A DNA stretch of 64,000 nt from an uncultured Eubacteriales bacterium (lineage in GTDB: Bacteria > Bacillota > Clostridia > Oscillospirales > Oscillospiraceae): positions 64,082-128,081 of the forward strand of contig URAM01000003.1 in assembly GCA_900545815.1 (NCBI GenBank), in the 5' to 3' direction. The position numbers and the translations under genes were made by a program. This document shows, piece after piece, positions 26,455-35,761 of this stretch. The notes beneath the pieces were generated by a model that saw nothing but the letters and a program-made list of their open reading frames with translations, was not told the DNA's origin and searched no databases. Positions within the stretch are counted from its first letter, which is position 1, and every line of letters begins with the position of its first letter.

Positions 26455-28383
26455 ATGAAGTTTCCGACTATGTTTTCCCCGGTGCAGATCGGCACTGTGA
26501 CCGTCCCCAACCGTTTCGTCGTGCCTCCCATGGGCAACAACTTCGCCAACACCGATGGCACCCTCAGCGACCGTTCTCTGTCCTACTACCAGGCACGTGC
26601 CAAGGGCGGTTTCGGCCTGATCACCATCGAATCCACCGTCGTCTACAAGGAAGCCAAGGGCGGCCCCCGCAAGCCCTGCCTGTTCTCTGACGACACCGTT
26701 GACAGCTTCCGCCGAGTGGCAGACGCATGTCACGCCTACGGCGCCAAGGTCTCCATCCAGCTCCAGCACGCTGGCCCCGAGGGCAACTCCGCCCTCACCG
26801 GCTACCCCCTGAAGGCAGCCAGCGCCATGCCCGCTGCGGTCGGTCGTGAGATCCCCGTGGCCATGCCTACCGAGGAAGTGTACCGCCTGATCGAGTGCTA
26901 CGGCGACGCCGCTCGCCGTGCCCAGCAGGCTGGCATCGACATGGTTGAAGTCCACTGCGCCCACGGTTACCTGGTGAGCACCTTCATCTCCCAGCGTACC
27001 AACAACCGCACCGATGAGTTCGGCGGCTGCTTTGAAAACCGGATGCGTCTGCCCCGCCTCATCATCGAAAACATCCGTCGGAAGACTGGCGGCAACCTGC
27101 CCATCCTCTGTCGTATCAACGCCAGCGATGAAGTGGAAGGCGGCCAGACCGTTCAGGACGCAGCTGCTGTGGCCGCTTACCTGGAACAGGAATGCGGCGT
27201 AGACGCCCTCCATGTGACCCGTGCTGTCCACCTCCATGACGAGTTTATGTGGGCGCCTGGCATCACCCACGGCGGCTTCAACGCCAACCTGGTCACTGAG
27301 ATCAAGCAGGCTGTCTCCGTCCCCGTCATTGCTGTGGGTCGTTTTACCGAACCTCAGTACGCAGAACTGCTGGTCAAGCAGGGTCGTGCCGACCTGATCG
27401 CCTTCGGCCGTCAGAGCATCGCTGACCCCGAACTGCCCGCCAAGGCAAGAACCGGCAACCTGGAGACTCTGGCTCCCTGCATCGGCTGCCTGCTGGGCTG
27501 CGTGCCTAATATGTTCGCCGGCCGTCCCATCTCCTGCGCCGTAAACCCCTGCGTTGGCCGTGAATCTGACCTGACGCCCGCCGAAGTGTCCAAGAATGTG
27601 GTCGTGGTCGGCGGTGGCCCCGGCGGTCTGTACGCCGCTTGGATCTGCGCCCTGCGTGGGCACCAGGTCACCCTGCTGGAGAAGCACCCGGAACTGGGCG
27701 GCAACTTCCGCATCGCCGCTTACCCCACCGGCAAGGGTCAGATCACCGAAGTCATCCGCTCCTTCATCGTCAAATGCGAGAAGGCCGGCGTGGATCTGCG
27801 CTGCAACGTGGAAGCAGATGAAGCCCTCCTCACTTCCCTGCATCCCGATGCCATCATCCTGGCCACCGGCTCCACCCCCCTCATCCTGCCCATCCCCGGC
27901 CTGGATACCTGCGGCTACATCACCGCTCAGGATATGCTGGAAGGCAAGGCGCCCATGGGACAGAAGGTTCTGGTGGTCGGCGGCGGCATGGTGGGCTGCG
28001 AAGCTGCCGAATACCTGGCAGAACGGGGCCACGAGGCTGCTGTGATTGAGATGAAGGACGTTATCGCCGCTGACGTCACCCCTGAAAACCGTCGTTATAT
28101 GTTCGCGAACTTTGAAGAACACCATGTCCTCCTGCGGCCCAGCGCCAAGGTCAGCCAGTTCTATCCCGATGGCGTGGACTACACCCTGGCTGATGGCACT
28201 GCCGGTTCCCTCCGTGGGTATGACAATGTGGTTCTGGCCATGGGTTCCCGTTCCAACGCCGTGCTGAAGGAAACCGCCGAGAAGGTCGCTCCCCAGGTCT
28301 TTGTCATTGGCGAAGCTGCCAAGGCGCCCGGCAACGCCGTCCTGGCCACCCATGACGCCCTGGAAGCTGCCCTTCAGATCTGA
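26455..28383 (+). CDS. Second OYE TIM-barrel + FAD/NAD(P)-binding two-domain reductase (enoate-reductase architecture)
   Basis: GAGGAGG SD. OYE motifs (HCAHGYLVSTFISQRTNNRTDE). C-terminal VVVVGGGPGGLYAA and VLVVGGGMVGCEAAEYL Rossmann motifs. Paralogue of 4500-6443. Confidence 0.85.
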   Translation: MKFPTMFSPVQIGTVTVPNRFVVPPMGNNFANTDGTLSDRSLSYYQARAKGGFGLITIESTVVYKEAKGGPRKPCLFSDDTVDSFRRVADACHAYGAKVSIQLQHAGPEGNSALTGYPLKAASAMPAAVGREIPVAMPTEEVYRLIECYGDAARRAQQAGIDMVEVHCAHGYLVSTFISQRTNNRTDEFGGCFENRMRLPRLIIENIRRKTGGNLPILCRINASDEVEGGQTVQDAAAVAAYLEQECGVDALHVTRAVHLHDEFMWAPGITHGGFNANLVTEIKQAVSVPVIAVGRFTEPQYAELLVKQGRADLIAFGRQSIADPELPAKARTGNLETLAPCIGCLLGCVPNMFAGRPISCAVNPCVGRESDLTPAEVSKNVVVVGGGPGGLYAAWICALRGHQVTLLEKHPELGGNFRIAAYPTGKGQITEVIRSFIVKCEKAGVDLRCNVEADEALLTSLHPDAIILATGSTPLILPIPGLDTCGYITAQDMLEGKAPMGQKVLVVGGGMVGCEAAEYLAERGHEAAVIEMKDVIAADVTPENRRYMFANFEEHHVLLRPSAKVSQFYPDGVDYTLADGTAGSLRGYDNVVLAMGSRSNAVLKETAEKVAPQVFVIGEAAKAPGNAVLATHDALEAALQI

Positions 28384-28507
28384 TCCAAGCCTCACACAAA
28401 CCATTGCCAACCCATTTTGATTCTCCTCATAAAAACAACTCCTACTTTTTCAAACATCTCTCCTAGATAGATCGAACAAACTCCTTAACACGTTGACAAG
28501 CAAAAGG

Positions 28508-28545
28508 CAAGCGGACATTTCTTTCGAAATGTCCGCTTGTCTTTG
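28508..28545 (+). terminator. Rho-independent terminator of the hydroaromatic operon
   Basis: Stem CAAGCGGACATTTC / GAAATGTCCGCTTG, then TCTTT. Confidence 0.7.
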
Positions 28546-28559
28546 CATGAAAATACAGA

Positions 28560-28776
28560 TCAGCGCTGTTGTTTCTCTTGATACAGGGCAATGGCCTTCA
28601 AAAACGCTTCCCCATATTTCTCCGCTTTTACCTCACCCACGCCGGACACGCCCAAAAACTCCGGCATGGTGCAGGGCACTTTGACCGCCATATCAGTAAT
28701 GATACACGGAAGTGGTAAAAAACGCAAGTATCCCCTTCCAAACGGCGAAAAACGGGTCAGAATCCTAAGATTCTGA
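28560..28776 (-). pseudogene. Remnant of a RecQ-family helicase C-terminus (HRDC domain only; upstream frame closed by an in-frame stop)
   Basis: Minus-strand frame encodes ...LRFLPLPCIITDMAVKVPCTMPEFLGVSGVGEVKAEKYGEAFLKAIALYQEKQQR*. This matches the HRDC consensus (pPyxIf.D.tL.emA...P.t..eL..i.GvG..K..kyG..fl..I). No SD before the internal ATG. The rest of a helicase gene is absent, and ftsZ starts 38 nt upstream. Confidence 0.4.
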
Positions 28777-28790
28777 CCCGTTGCTTTTCA
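28744..28790 (-). terminator. Rho-independent terminator of ftsZ
   Basis: Stem AACGGGTCAGAATC / GATTCTGACCCGTT, then TTTTTCG on the minus strand. Confidence 0.75.
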
Positions 28791-28813
28791 TAGGCTATGT
28801 AGCTTGAACAACC

Positions 28814-30034
28814 TTACTTTCTGCGGTTGAACATTTCCATCAGATCGTCAAAGGGATCCTTTTTGGCCGGTGCTGCCTTGGGCTGCTCAGGCGCAGGAGC
28901 AGCCTTCTGCTGGGTGGCAGTGCTGAACGGATCAAACTCTACCGCCTGAAAGAAGCTCTCCTGGGGCGTCTGAGGGGCAGGTGCAGGGGTGGGTTCGGGC
29001 ACAGGTGCGGGAGCCGGTTCCTGCTGAGTGACCTGGCTGCTGATCTGGGAGAAGGAGGGCACTTCCGGTTCCTCGTCCGCATCGTCAAAGCCGGTGGCAA
29101 TGACGGTGACCCGCATCTCGTCCTCCATGTTCTCATCGAAGATGCTGCCGAAGATGATGTTGGCTTCGGGATGAGCAGCCTGCTGCACCAGGGTGACAGC
29201 GGTATCCACCTCGTCCAGGCCGATGTCCTTGCCGCTGGTGATGTTGATGAGCACGCCCTTGGCGCCATTGATGGAAGTCTCCAGCAACGGGGAGGAGACG
29301 GCCAGCTTGGCCGCTTCCTTGGCCTTGTTCTCGCCTGCGGCACGGCCTACGCCCATGTGGGCAAGACCGGCATCCTTCATGACGGAGGTCACATCAGCGA
29401 AGTCCAGGTTGATGACGCCCACCTTTTGAATCAGGTCGGAGATAGACTCCACCGCCTGACGGAGCACGTCATCTGCGATCTCGAAGGCGTTGGCCAGGGT
29501 GATCTTCTGGTCGGTGGCCATCTTTAACCGTTCGTTGGGGATGATGACCAGGGCATCCACCTTGTTCTTCAGCTCCGTGATGCCTTCCTCGGCCTGGCGC
29601 ATACGCACCTTGCCTTCAAAGGCGAAGGGCTTGGTAACCACGCCCACGGTGAGGATGCCCAGCTCCCGAGCCACGTCTGCCACGATGGGGCTGCCGCCGG
29701 TACCGGTGCCGCCGCCCATACCACAGGTGACAAAGACCATATCGGTGTTTTCCAGCGCCTTAGACAGCTGACTGCGGTTTTCCTCGGCTGCCTTCCGGCC
29801 TACATCGGGCTTTGCGCCTGCGCCCTTGCCGTGGGTCAGCTTCTCGCCGATCTGGAGCTTAAAGGTGGCGTTGGAGGCATCCAGTGCCTGCTTGTCCGTG
29901 TTGACCGCCACAAAATCCACACCCTTGGTGCCGGAGAGCACCATGCGGTTGACTACGTTGTTGCCGCCGCCGCCGACGCCGACGACTTTGATGTTTACTG
30001 CGCTGTTGGGCTCAGTTTCGAATCCAAAGGACAT
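28814..30034 (-). CDS. ftsZ: Cell division GTPase FtsZ
   Basis: GGGGNN tubulin signature (VGVGGGGNNVVNRM), T7 loop, Pro/Ala-rich C-terminal linker and conserved C-terminal peptide. GGGGGAA SD. Confidence 0.95.
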   Translation of the reverse strand: MSFGFETEPNSAVNIKVVGVGGGGNNVVNRMVLSGTKGVDFVAVNTDKQALDASNATFKLQIGEKLTHGKGAGAKPDVGRKAAEENRSQLSKALENTDMVFVTCGMGGGTGTGGSPIVADVARELGILTVGVVTKPFAFEGKVRMRQAEEGITELKNKVDALVIIPNERLKMATDQKITLANAFEIADDVLRQAVESISDLIQKVGVINLDFADVTSVMKDAGLAHMGVGRAAGENKAKEAAKLAVSSPLLETSINGAKGVLINITSGKDIGLDEVDTAVTLVQQAAHPEANIIFGSIFDENMEDEMRVTVIATGFDDADEEPEVPSFSQISSQVTQQEPAPAPVPEPTPAPAPQTPQESFFQAVEFDPFSTATQQKAAPAPEQPKAAPAKKDPFDDLMEMFNRRK

Positions 30035-30177
30035 ATTTGTTTCCCCCTATATTTTCTTCGCATACGAAGTAATCACGCAAAATGAATGTACCTTATTATT
30101 GTAAACTGAAACAGGGAACAGGTCAATAGGTTCCGGAGTATTTCCTGTTCAATTTTTCCCACATTTCCTTCCTGTTG

Positions 30178-30963
30178 TCAGGATTTTTTATTTTTCGTCA
30201 GATGCGGGTGTCCGTCAGCGTAGGTCATATCCAACGTCCCCTTGTCGTCCTTGCTCCAGTTGACATCTACATACTTTTCCAGCACGGCTTCCAGCATCTT
30301 CACCTGGTAGTCAAAGTCGGCATCTGCCAGTATTTTCACCGTCAGCTGTCCCCGATAATCCATCACCAGCAGCTTGCTGTCTGTGCAGTCCACACTACGC
30401 ACATCCTCCAGCAATTCCCGCCCCTTCATGGCCTTGAGCAGCCGGAGCAAGCTGTCCCGCATGGGTTTATCCTCGCTCTTGACCTTCATGCTCTGTCCCG
30501 CCTCTGGGGACACCAGCTCCAGGCCGGTGATTTGGATAAATTCCTTTGGTTTTTTGGTGGTGTCCAGCACCTTGCCCTCCTCGTTGACCAGCCACCACTC
30601 CTTTCCGGATTGGATGGCGGCGGCGGCGTTCGTCTCGGCCACAGTGATCACCAGGGTGTCCGGCAGCTTGCGCTTGATGTTCACCGAGCGCACATAGGCC
30701 AGCTCATCCAGCAGCTTCCGAGCCGTCTCGGTCTTGTTCACTAAAAACAGGTTATCTCCCTTGCTCACTCCAGAGGCTTTGGCGATCTCCTCGGTGGAGT
30801 ACCGTTGGTTGCCCTCCACCTCAAACTGGTTCACCTTGAAAAAGACAATGCAGCCAGCACCGATTACCACGGCGGTCACCACCACTGCCAGCACCAAATA
30901 CAGGCTCAGAAAGCGTCCGCCGCCTCGACTGCGGCGCCTTCTGCGCTTGCGTGGTCTTGCCAT
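30178..30963 (-). CDS. ftsQ: Cell division protein FtsQ/DivIB (POTRA domain)
   Basis: Arg-rich N-terminus, single TM helix, POTRA-like region (FEVEGNQRYSTEEI...LFLVN). Position in dcw cluster. Confidence 0.75.
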   Translation of the reverse strand: MARPRKRRRRRSRGGGRFLSLYLVLAVVVTAVVIGAGCIVFFKVNQFEVEGNQRYSTEEIAKASGVSKGDNLFLVNKTETARKLLDELAYVRSVNIKRKLPDTLVITVAETNAAAAIQSGKEWWLVNEEGKVLDTTKKPKEFIQITGLELVSPEAGQSMKVKSEDKPMRDSLLRLLKAMKGRELLEDVRSVDCTDSKLLVMDYRGQLTVKILADADFDYQVKMLEAVLEKYVDVNWSKDDKGTLDMTYADGHPHLTKNKKS

Positions 30964-30983
30964 CCTATCCCTCCTATCTGTTT

Positions 30984-32246
30984 CTATGGTTGTTGCGGGA
31001 TTCGCTGCAAATGAGCCCCCAAACAGGTCAGATCTCCGGCCAGATCGGCATAACCCCGATCGATATGACGCAGACCGGTGATCACGCTCTCCCCTTCCGC
31101 TCCCAGGGCGGCCACCACCAAAGCGGCGCCTCCCCGCAGGTCAGGGGCATGGACGGGCGCTCCTTTCAGCTGGGAGACTCCGGTGACCACCGCCACTCGG
31201 CCTTCCACCCGCACATCCGCTCCCATCCGCAGCAGCTCGCCGCAGTGCCGGAAGCGATTTTCAAAAATAGTCTCTACAAACACGCTGGTTCCCTGGGCAC
31301 GGCACAAGGCTGCCAGTACCGGCGGTTGGGCATCGGTGGGAAACCCCGGATAGGGCGCCGTGCGCACGGGGCGGACGGCTTTCAGCCGTTGGGGACAGGT
31401 CATGGTGATGCTGTCCGGCCGAGTATGCACCTCGCATCCCGCCATCCGGTACACTTCCAGCACCGGCAGCAGCGCCCGCCGGTCTACCCCAGTCAGGGTT
31501 GCTTCTCCCCCAGCCGCCGCCACGGCAGACAGGTAGGTAGCTGCCACGATGCGGTCTGCGATGATGGTGTGTTCGGTATCGTGCAGGGAACGTTTTCCTT
31601 GGACGATCACAGTGGAGCTGCCCGCTCCAGAGACGTCCGCTCCGGCGCTGCACAGGAACGCTTCCAAGTCCACAATCTCCGGCTCCCGGGCGGCGTTGGA
31701 GATCACCGTCACGCCATCGGCGCAGCAGGCCGCCAGCATGGCATTCTCGGTGGCTCCTACGCTGGGGATAGACAGGACGATCTCCCGTCCTCGAAGGTGG
31801 TGTCCACGGCAGTGGAGACTGCCGCCCTGACATTTTACCTGTCCGCCCATGGCGGTCAATGCCGCCAGGTGCAGATCGATGGGTCTGGGGCCTAGCTCAC
31901 AGCCCCCAGGCATGGATAGCTCCGCCTGCCCCATGCGTCCCAGAATGGCCCCCAGGAACACCACGGAAGACCGCATCTCCCGCATGAGCTGATCGGGCAC
32001 ATCCCAGCGGTGCATGGTGCTGGAATCCACCGTGATGGTTTCCCCGTCCTGCACGACCACGCAGCCCAGGTGGCGCAGAATGGCCACGGAAGCGTCTACA
32101 TCGGTTAGTTGGGGGCAGTTATGTAGGACACTGACGGCGCCGGTCAGGATGGTGGCCGCCAGAATGGGGAGGACGCTGTTTTTTGCGCCCTGGACGGTCA
32201 CTTCCCCGAACAGGGGGCTGCCGCCTTGAATGAGATAAGCACTCAC
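30984..32246 (-). CDS. murA: UDP-N-acetylglucosamine 1-carboxyvinyltransferase MurA
   Basis: GTG start after GGAGGAA. MSAYLIQGGSPLFGEVTVQGAKNSVLPILAA N-terminus is typical of MurA. 420 aa. Confidence 0.9.
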   Translation of the reverse strand: MSAYLIQGGSPLFGEVTVQGAKNSVLPILAATILTGAVSVLHNCPQLTDVDASVAILRHLGCVVVQDGETITVDSSTMHRWDVPDQLMREMRSSVVFLGAILGRMGQAELSMPGGCELGPRPIDLHLAALTAMGGQVKCQGGSLHCRGHHLRGREIVLSIPSVGATENAMLAACCADGVTVISNAAREPEIVDLEAFLCSAGADVSGAGSSTVIVQGKRSLHDTEHTIIADRIVAATYLSAVAAAGGEATLTGVDRRALLPVLEVYRMAGCEVHTRPDSITMTCPQRLKAVRPVRTAPYPGFPTDAQPPVLAALCRAQGTSVFVETIFENRFRHCGELLRMGADVRVEGRVAVVTGVSQLKGAPVHAPDLRGGAALVVAALGAEGESVITGLRHIDRGYADLAGDLTCLGAHLQRIPQQP

Positions 32247-32315
32247 GTTCCATTCCTCCGCTTCGTCTGGATTCTCAGGCCATCCTATGCGAAGGAAGGG
32301 GACGTTGTGTGAAAG

Positions 32316-33443
32316 TTACGCTTTTTTCATCAGACCACAGAGGGTCTCATAGATGCGCTCGTTGGCATCCACATGAGCCATGGCTTTCAGCTCCTGGCTC
32401 ATCTTGGCCCTGCCTGCCTGATCGGCCAACATTGCCTGAACCTGCTCATAGAGCTTATCTCCGGTGCAGTCCGGCTCCAGCATGAGCACTGCCGCCCCTC
32501 GGTCAGAGAGGACACGGGCGTTCTTCTCCTGATGGTTGGCGGTCACGTTGGGAGAGGGCACCAGGATGCTGGGGCAGGCGATGGCGGTGATTTCGGAGAT
32601 GGTGGAAGCGCCCGCTCGGCTGAGCATCACGTCCGCCCCGTCCATGACCACGGGCATATCATAGATATACTCCCGCACATCCACATCGGGATAGTCCGCC
32701 AGGTCAATGCCCCGCTCCTTCAGTGCTTCCAGCACCCGACTGTAATAGCGCTGTCCCACGCCGTAGATGTGGTGGAAGGGTTGTCCCTCCCGACACTCCC
32801 GTGCCACGAAGTCCACCATGTGCTGGTTCATCACCAAGGCGCCCAAGGAGCCCCAGCTGGTGACCACCACCGGCTTGTCATCGGTGAATCCCAGTTTTTG
32901 GCGTGCTTCCACCTTGGTCTGGAGGAAGAAATCTCCTCGAACAGGGGTGCCGGTGACCACCACCCGTTCTGGGTGGGGATAGTGCTTCCGGCTCTCCTCA
33001 AAGCCCACCATGACAATATCCACATACTTGGACAGCATCTTGGTGGTCAGACCAGGCTCGGCGTTGGACTCGTGGACGGCGGTGGGAATGCCCCGCCGTG
33101 CCGCCTCCCGCACCACAGGGAAGGAGGCGTAGCCGCCGGTACCCACCACCAGGTCGGGCTGGAACTGATCCAGAATGTCCTTGGCCTGGCGCTTGGAGCG
33201 GCTCAGGTTGCGCAAAGTCTTGAGGTTATGCTTAATGCCCGCCCCGTTGAGCTTCCGCAGGAAGCTGGTGATGGTGACGGTGCGGATGGGGTAGCCCTCT
33301 CTGGGCACCAGCTGCCGTTCCATGCCGCCATCTGCCCCTACAAAGAGGATGTCTGCCCGGTTCCGTTCCCGAAACATACCGGCCAGCGCCACGGCTGGGT
33401 TGATGTGTCCGGCGGTGCCGCCGCAGGTAAACAGGATTTTCAT
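32316..33443 (-). CDS. murG: Lipid II synthase MurG (UDP-GlcNAc:undecaprenyl-PP-MurNAc-pentapeptide GlcNAc transferase)
   Basis: MKILFTCGGTAGHINPAVALA N-terminal motif. 375 aa. Confidence 0.9.
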   Translation of the reverse strand: MKILFTCGGTAGHINPAVALAGMFRERNRADILFVGADGGMERQLVPREGYPIRTVTITSFLRKLNGAGIKHNLKTLRNLSRSKRQAKDILDQFQPDLVVGTGGYASFPVVREAARRGIPTAVHESNAEPGLTTKMLSKYVDIVMVGFEESRKHYPHPERVVVTGTPVRGDFFLQTKVEARQKLGFTDDKPVVVTSWGSLGALVMNQHMVDFVARECREGQPFHHIYGVGQRYYSRVLEALKERGIDLADYPDVDVREYIYDMPVVMDGADVMLSRAGASTISEITAIACPSILVPSPNVTANHQEKNARVLSDRGAAVLMLEPDCTGDKLYEQVQAMLADQAGRAKMSQELKAMAHVDANERIYETLCGLMKKA

Positions 33444-33485
33444 AGGAAAACACCTCGTTCTGATTTGTCTCTTTTTCTCCCCCGC

Positions 33486-34736
33486 TCACCCTTTTTTCGG
33501 TGCGGGGATCTGTCGGGATACTGATAATATGATCCCGATCTCTGCCAGCTGGATGAGCAAGGCAGTGCCGCCGTAGCTGAAGAAGGGCAGTGCAATCCCC
33601 GTAGCCGGAATGACATTGAGCACCACAGCCATATTCAGAAAGACCTGGACGGCCAGCAGGGTGGTGATCCCCACGATGAGCAGGGAGCCGAACCGATCTC
33701 TGGCGTGGAGCGCCAGCCAATAGCCCCGAATGATGAGCAGGGCAAAGAGGATGATGATGAGCGCTGCGCCGATGAACCCCAGCTCCTCACAGATGATGGC
33801 GAAGATGAAGTCGTTCTGTTCTTCCGGTAAGTACAGATATTTCTGCCGGCTCTGGCCAAAGCCCAGGCCGGTGAGGCCACCGGAGGCCACAGCATAGAGG
33901 GACTGGACGATCTGATAGCCCTTATCACCAGGATCCCACCATGGGTTCAGCCAGGTCTTGATGCGGTCGCTGTTGTAGCCGCCCACAAAGACGATGAGCG
34001 CCATAACGACCCCCATCAGCCCGCCGCCCAAAGCGAACCAGCCCCACCGGATACCGGCGGTGAACAGGATGGCAGCGGCAGCAGCCAGCACCAGGATGGT
34101 GCCGGACATATGCGGCTCCTTCAGCATGAGCAGGGCAATGACGATCAGGATGCCCACATAGGGGAGCAATTCTCCCAGGTCGCTCCAATAGAGGAAGCTG
34201 CGCAGCTGATTCTTCCAGATCGGATCCTTCCGACGGAGCCGCGGAGGCTGGTTTTTCCGCTTAGACATACCGGCGGCAAAGACCAGCACGATCCCCAGCT
34301 TGGCGATCTCAGAGGGCTGATAGGTGGGTCCCACCACCAGCAGCAGCTTGAGCCAGCGGGTGGCGCCGTTGACGTTGACGCCAAAGGGAGTGAGCACCAA
34401 GATTAGGAACACCACTGCCGCACACAGGATGGGCACCGCCCAGGCACGCCAGCGCTGGTAGTCCAATCGCGACACCAGCCAGAGAACGAGCACACCCAGG
34501 ACGGCGTAAATGAGCTGGTGCTTGAAATAGTACAGGGCATCCCCCATCTGCACCACGCCATCCTCCACCTGATATCCGGCGGCTGGGTCGTACAGAGCCG
34601 CATAGGAGGAGGCGGAGAGGAGCATGAGCAGGCCAATGGCCAGCAGCAGCAGGGTGAGCATCAAAAAGGGCAAGTCGATAGGACCCCGTGCCAGCTGCTG
34701 TGCCCGGGTCAAGTCTCGGAAGGATTTTCTTGCCAT
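33486..34736 (-). CDS. ftsW: SEDS-family peptidoglycan polymerase FtsW/RodA/SpoVE
   Basis: 10-TM SEDS topology, conserved GGYNSDRIKTWLNPW and C-terminal motif. dcw position. Confidence 0.85.
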   Translation of the reverse strand: MARKSFRDLTRAQQLARGPIDLPFLMLTLLLLAIGLLMLLSASSYAALYDPAAGYQVEDGVVQMGDALYYFKHQLIYAVLGVLVLWLVSRLDYQRWRAWAVPILCAAVVFLILVLTPFGVNVNGATRWLKLLLVVGPTYQPSEIAKLGIVLVFAAGMSKRKNQPPRLRRKDPIWKNQLRSFLYWSDLGELLPYVGILIVIALLMLKEPHMSGTILVLAAAAAILFTAGIRWGWFALGGGLMGVVMALIVFVGGYNSDRIKTWLNPWWDPGDKGYQIVQSLYAVASGGLTGLGFGQSRQKYLYLPEEQNDFIFAIICEELGFIGAALIIILFALLIIRGYWLALHARDRFGSLLIVGITTLLAVQVFLNMAVVLNVIPATGIALPFFSYGGTALLIQLAEIGIILSVSRQIPAPKKG

Positions 34737-34783
34737 TTGGATGCGCCTTCTTTCCTAGTCAGGATGGGTAACGCAGGTTCCGC

Positions 34784-35761
34784 TCACTTGCCCATAACGC
34801 CAAAGTAGGCCAGGACACAGCAGACCAAGGTCACCAAGGTGAACACGGTAAAGAGCTTCTCCTCGCTCCAGCCCCCCATCTCAAAATGGTGATGGAGGGG
34901 CGCCATGCGGAAGATGCGCTTGCCGTGGGTCAGTTTGAAATAAGTCACTTGGATGATGTCGGACAGAGTCTCCAGCAGGTAGATGATCCCCACCAGGACG
35001 ATGATAAGGGGGATATCCAAGGCAAAGGCCAAGCCGCACACGGTACCTCCCAGAAAGAGGGAGCCGGTATCGCCCATAAAGACCTTGGCTGGGTGGAAGT
35101 TGTAGATCAAAAAGGCGCACAGGCCGCCCACCAGGGCGGCGGCGAAAATGCTCAGGTCGGTGATCTTCCACATGAGAGAGACCGCCAAGAAAAACAGTGC
35201 CACAGGCAGGGTCACGCCAGTAGCCAGGCCATCCACACCATCGGTCAGGTTCACCGCATTGACGGTGGCCACGATGACAAAGGCCGCAAAAACCATGTAT
35301 ACCGCCCAAGGCAGCTGGAAGCTGACGTTGAAGAAGGGGATATACAGGTCGGGGGTCAGGTAGCCGGTGTAGCGCAGGAGGACGGTGAACACGATAGCTG
35401 CCGCCAGCTGGAGGAGGAACTTCTGGGGCGCAGTAAGACCCTCATTCTTGTGGTACTTGACCTTCATAAAGTCGTCCAAAAAACCGATGACGCCAAAGAC
35501 CAGGGCAAACAGGAACACAAACAGGGCGCCGAACCGTCCCTGGGAAAAGTCCTGCCAGCCGGTGACCAGGATGGCGATAAAAATACCGGCGATGAACATG
35601 ATGCCCCCCATGGTGGGCGTCCCCTGCTTGGCCATGTGCCAGACTGGGCCGATCTCTTTGATGGACTGCCCCGCCTTCAGGGCGTGCAGCCAGGGGATCA
35701 GGAATCTCCCGATCAGGGCGGAGGCGGCAAAAGCCACCAGGAAACTAATCAAATACCTCAT
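34784..35761 (-). CDS. mraY: Phospho-N-acetylmuramoyl-pentapeptide transferase MraY
   Basis: MraY motifs (KQGTPTMGG, DDFMKV, NAVNLTDGVDGLA, HHHFE). Confidence 0.9.
   Translation of the reverse strand: MRYLISFLVAFAASALIGRFLIPWLHALKAGQSIKEIGPVWHMAKQGTPTMGGIMFIAGIFIAILVTGWQDFSQGRFGALFVFLFALVFGVIGFLDDFMKVKYHKNEGLTAPQKFLLQLAAAIVFTVLLRYTGYLTPDLYIPFFNVSFQLPWAVYMVFAAFVIVATVNAVNLTDGVDGLATGVTLPVALFFLAVSLMWKITDLSIFAAALVGGLCAFLIYNFHPAKVFMGDTGSLFLGGTVCGLAFALDIPLIIVLVGIIYLLETLSDIIQVTYFKLTHGKRIFRMAPLHHHFEMGGWSEEKLFTVFTLVTLVCCVLAYFGVMGK

Noticed and set aside
26455-28383. Assignment of the OYE+FAD reductases as bilirubin reductase (BilR)
   Set aside because: The architecture is shared by many 2,4-dienoyl-CoA-reductase-family enzymes (cinnamate, urocanate, enoate reductases). 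No bilQ/bilS-like partners were seen, and key residues cannot be judged without alignment. It is kept only as one possibility.
28591-28776. 61-aa plus-strand ORF (MAFKNASPYF...)
   Set aside because: It has no SD and no recognisable features. The opposite strand of the same DNA encodes a recognisable HRDC-domain remnant.
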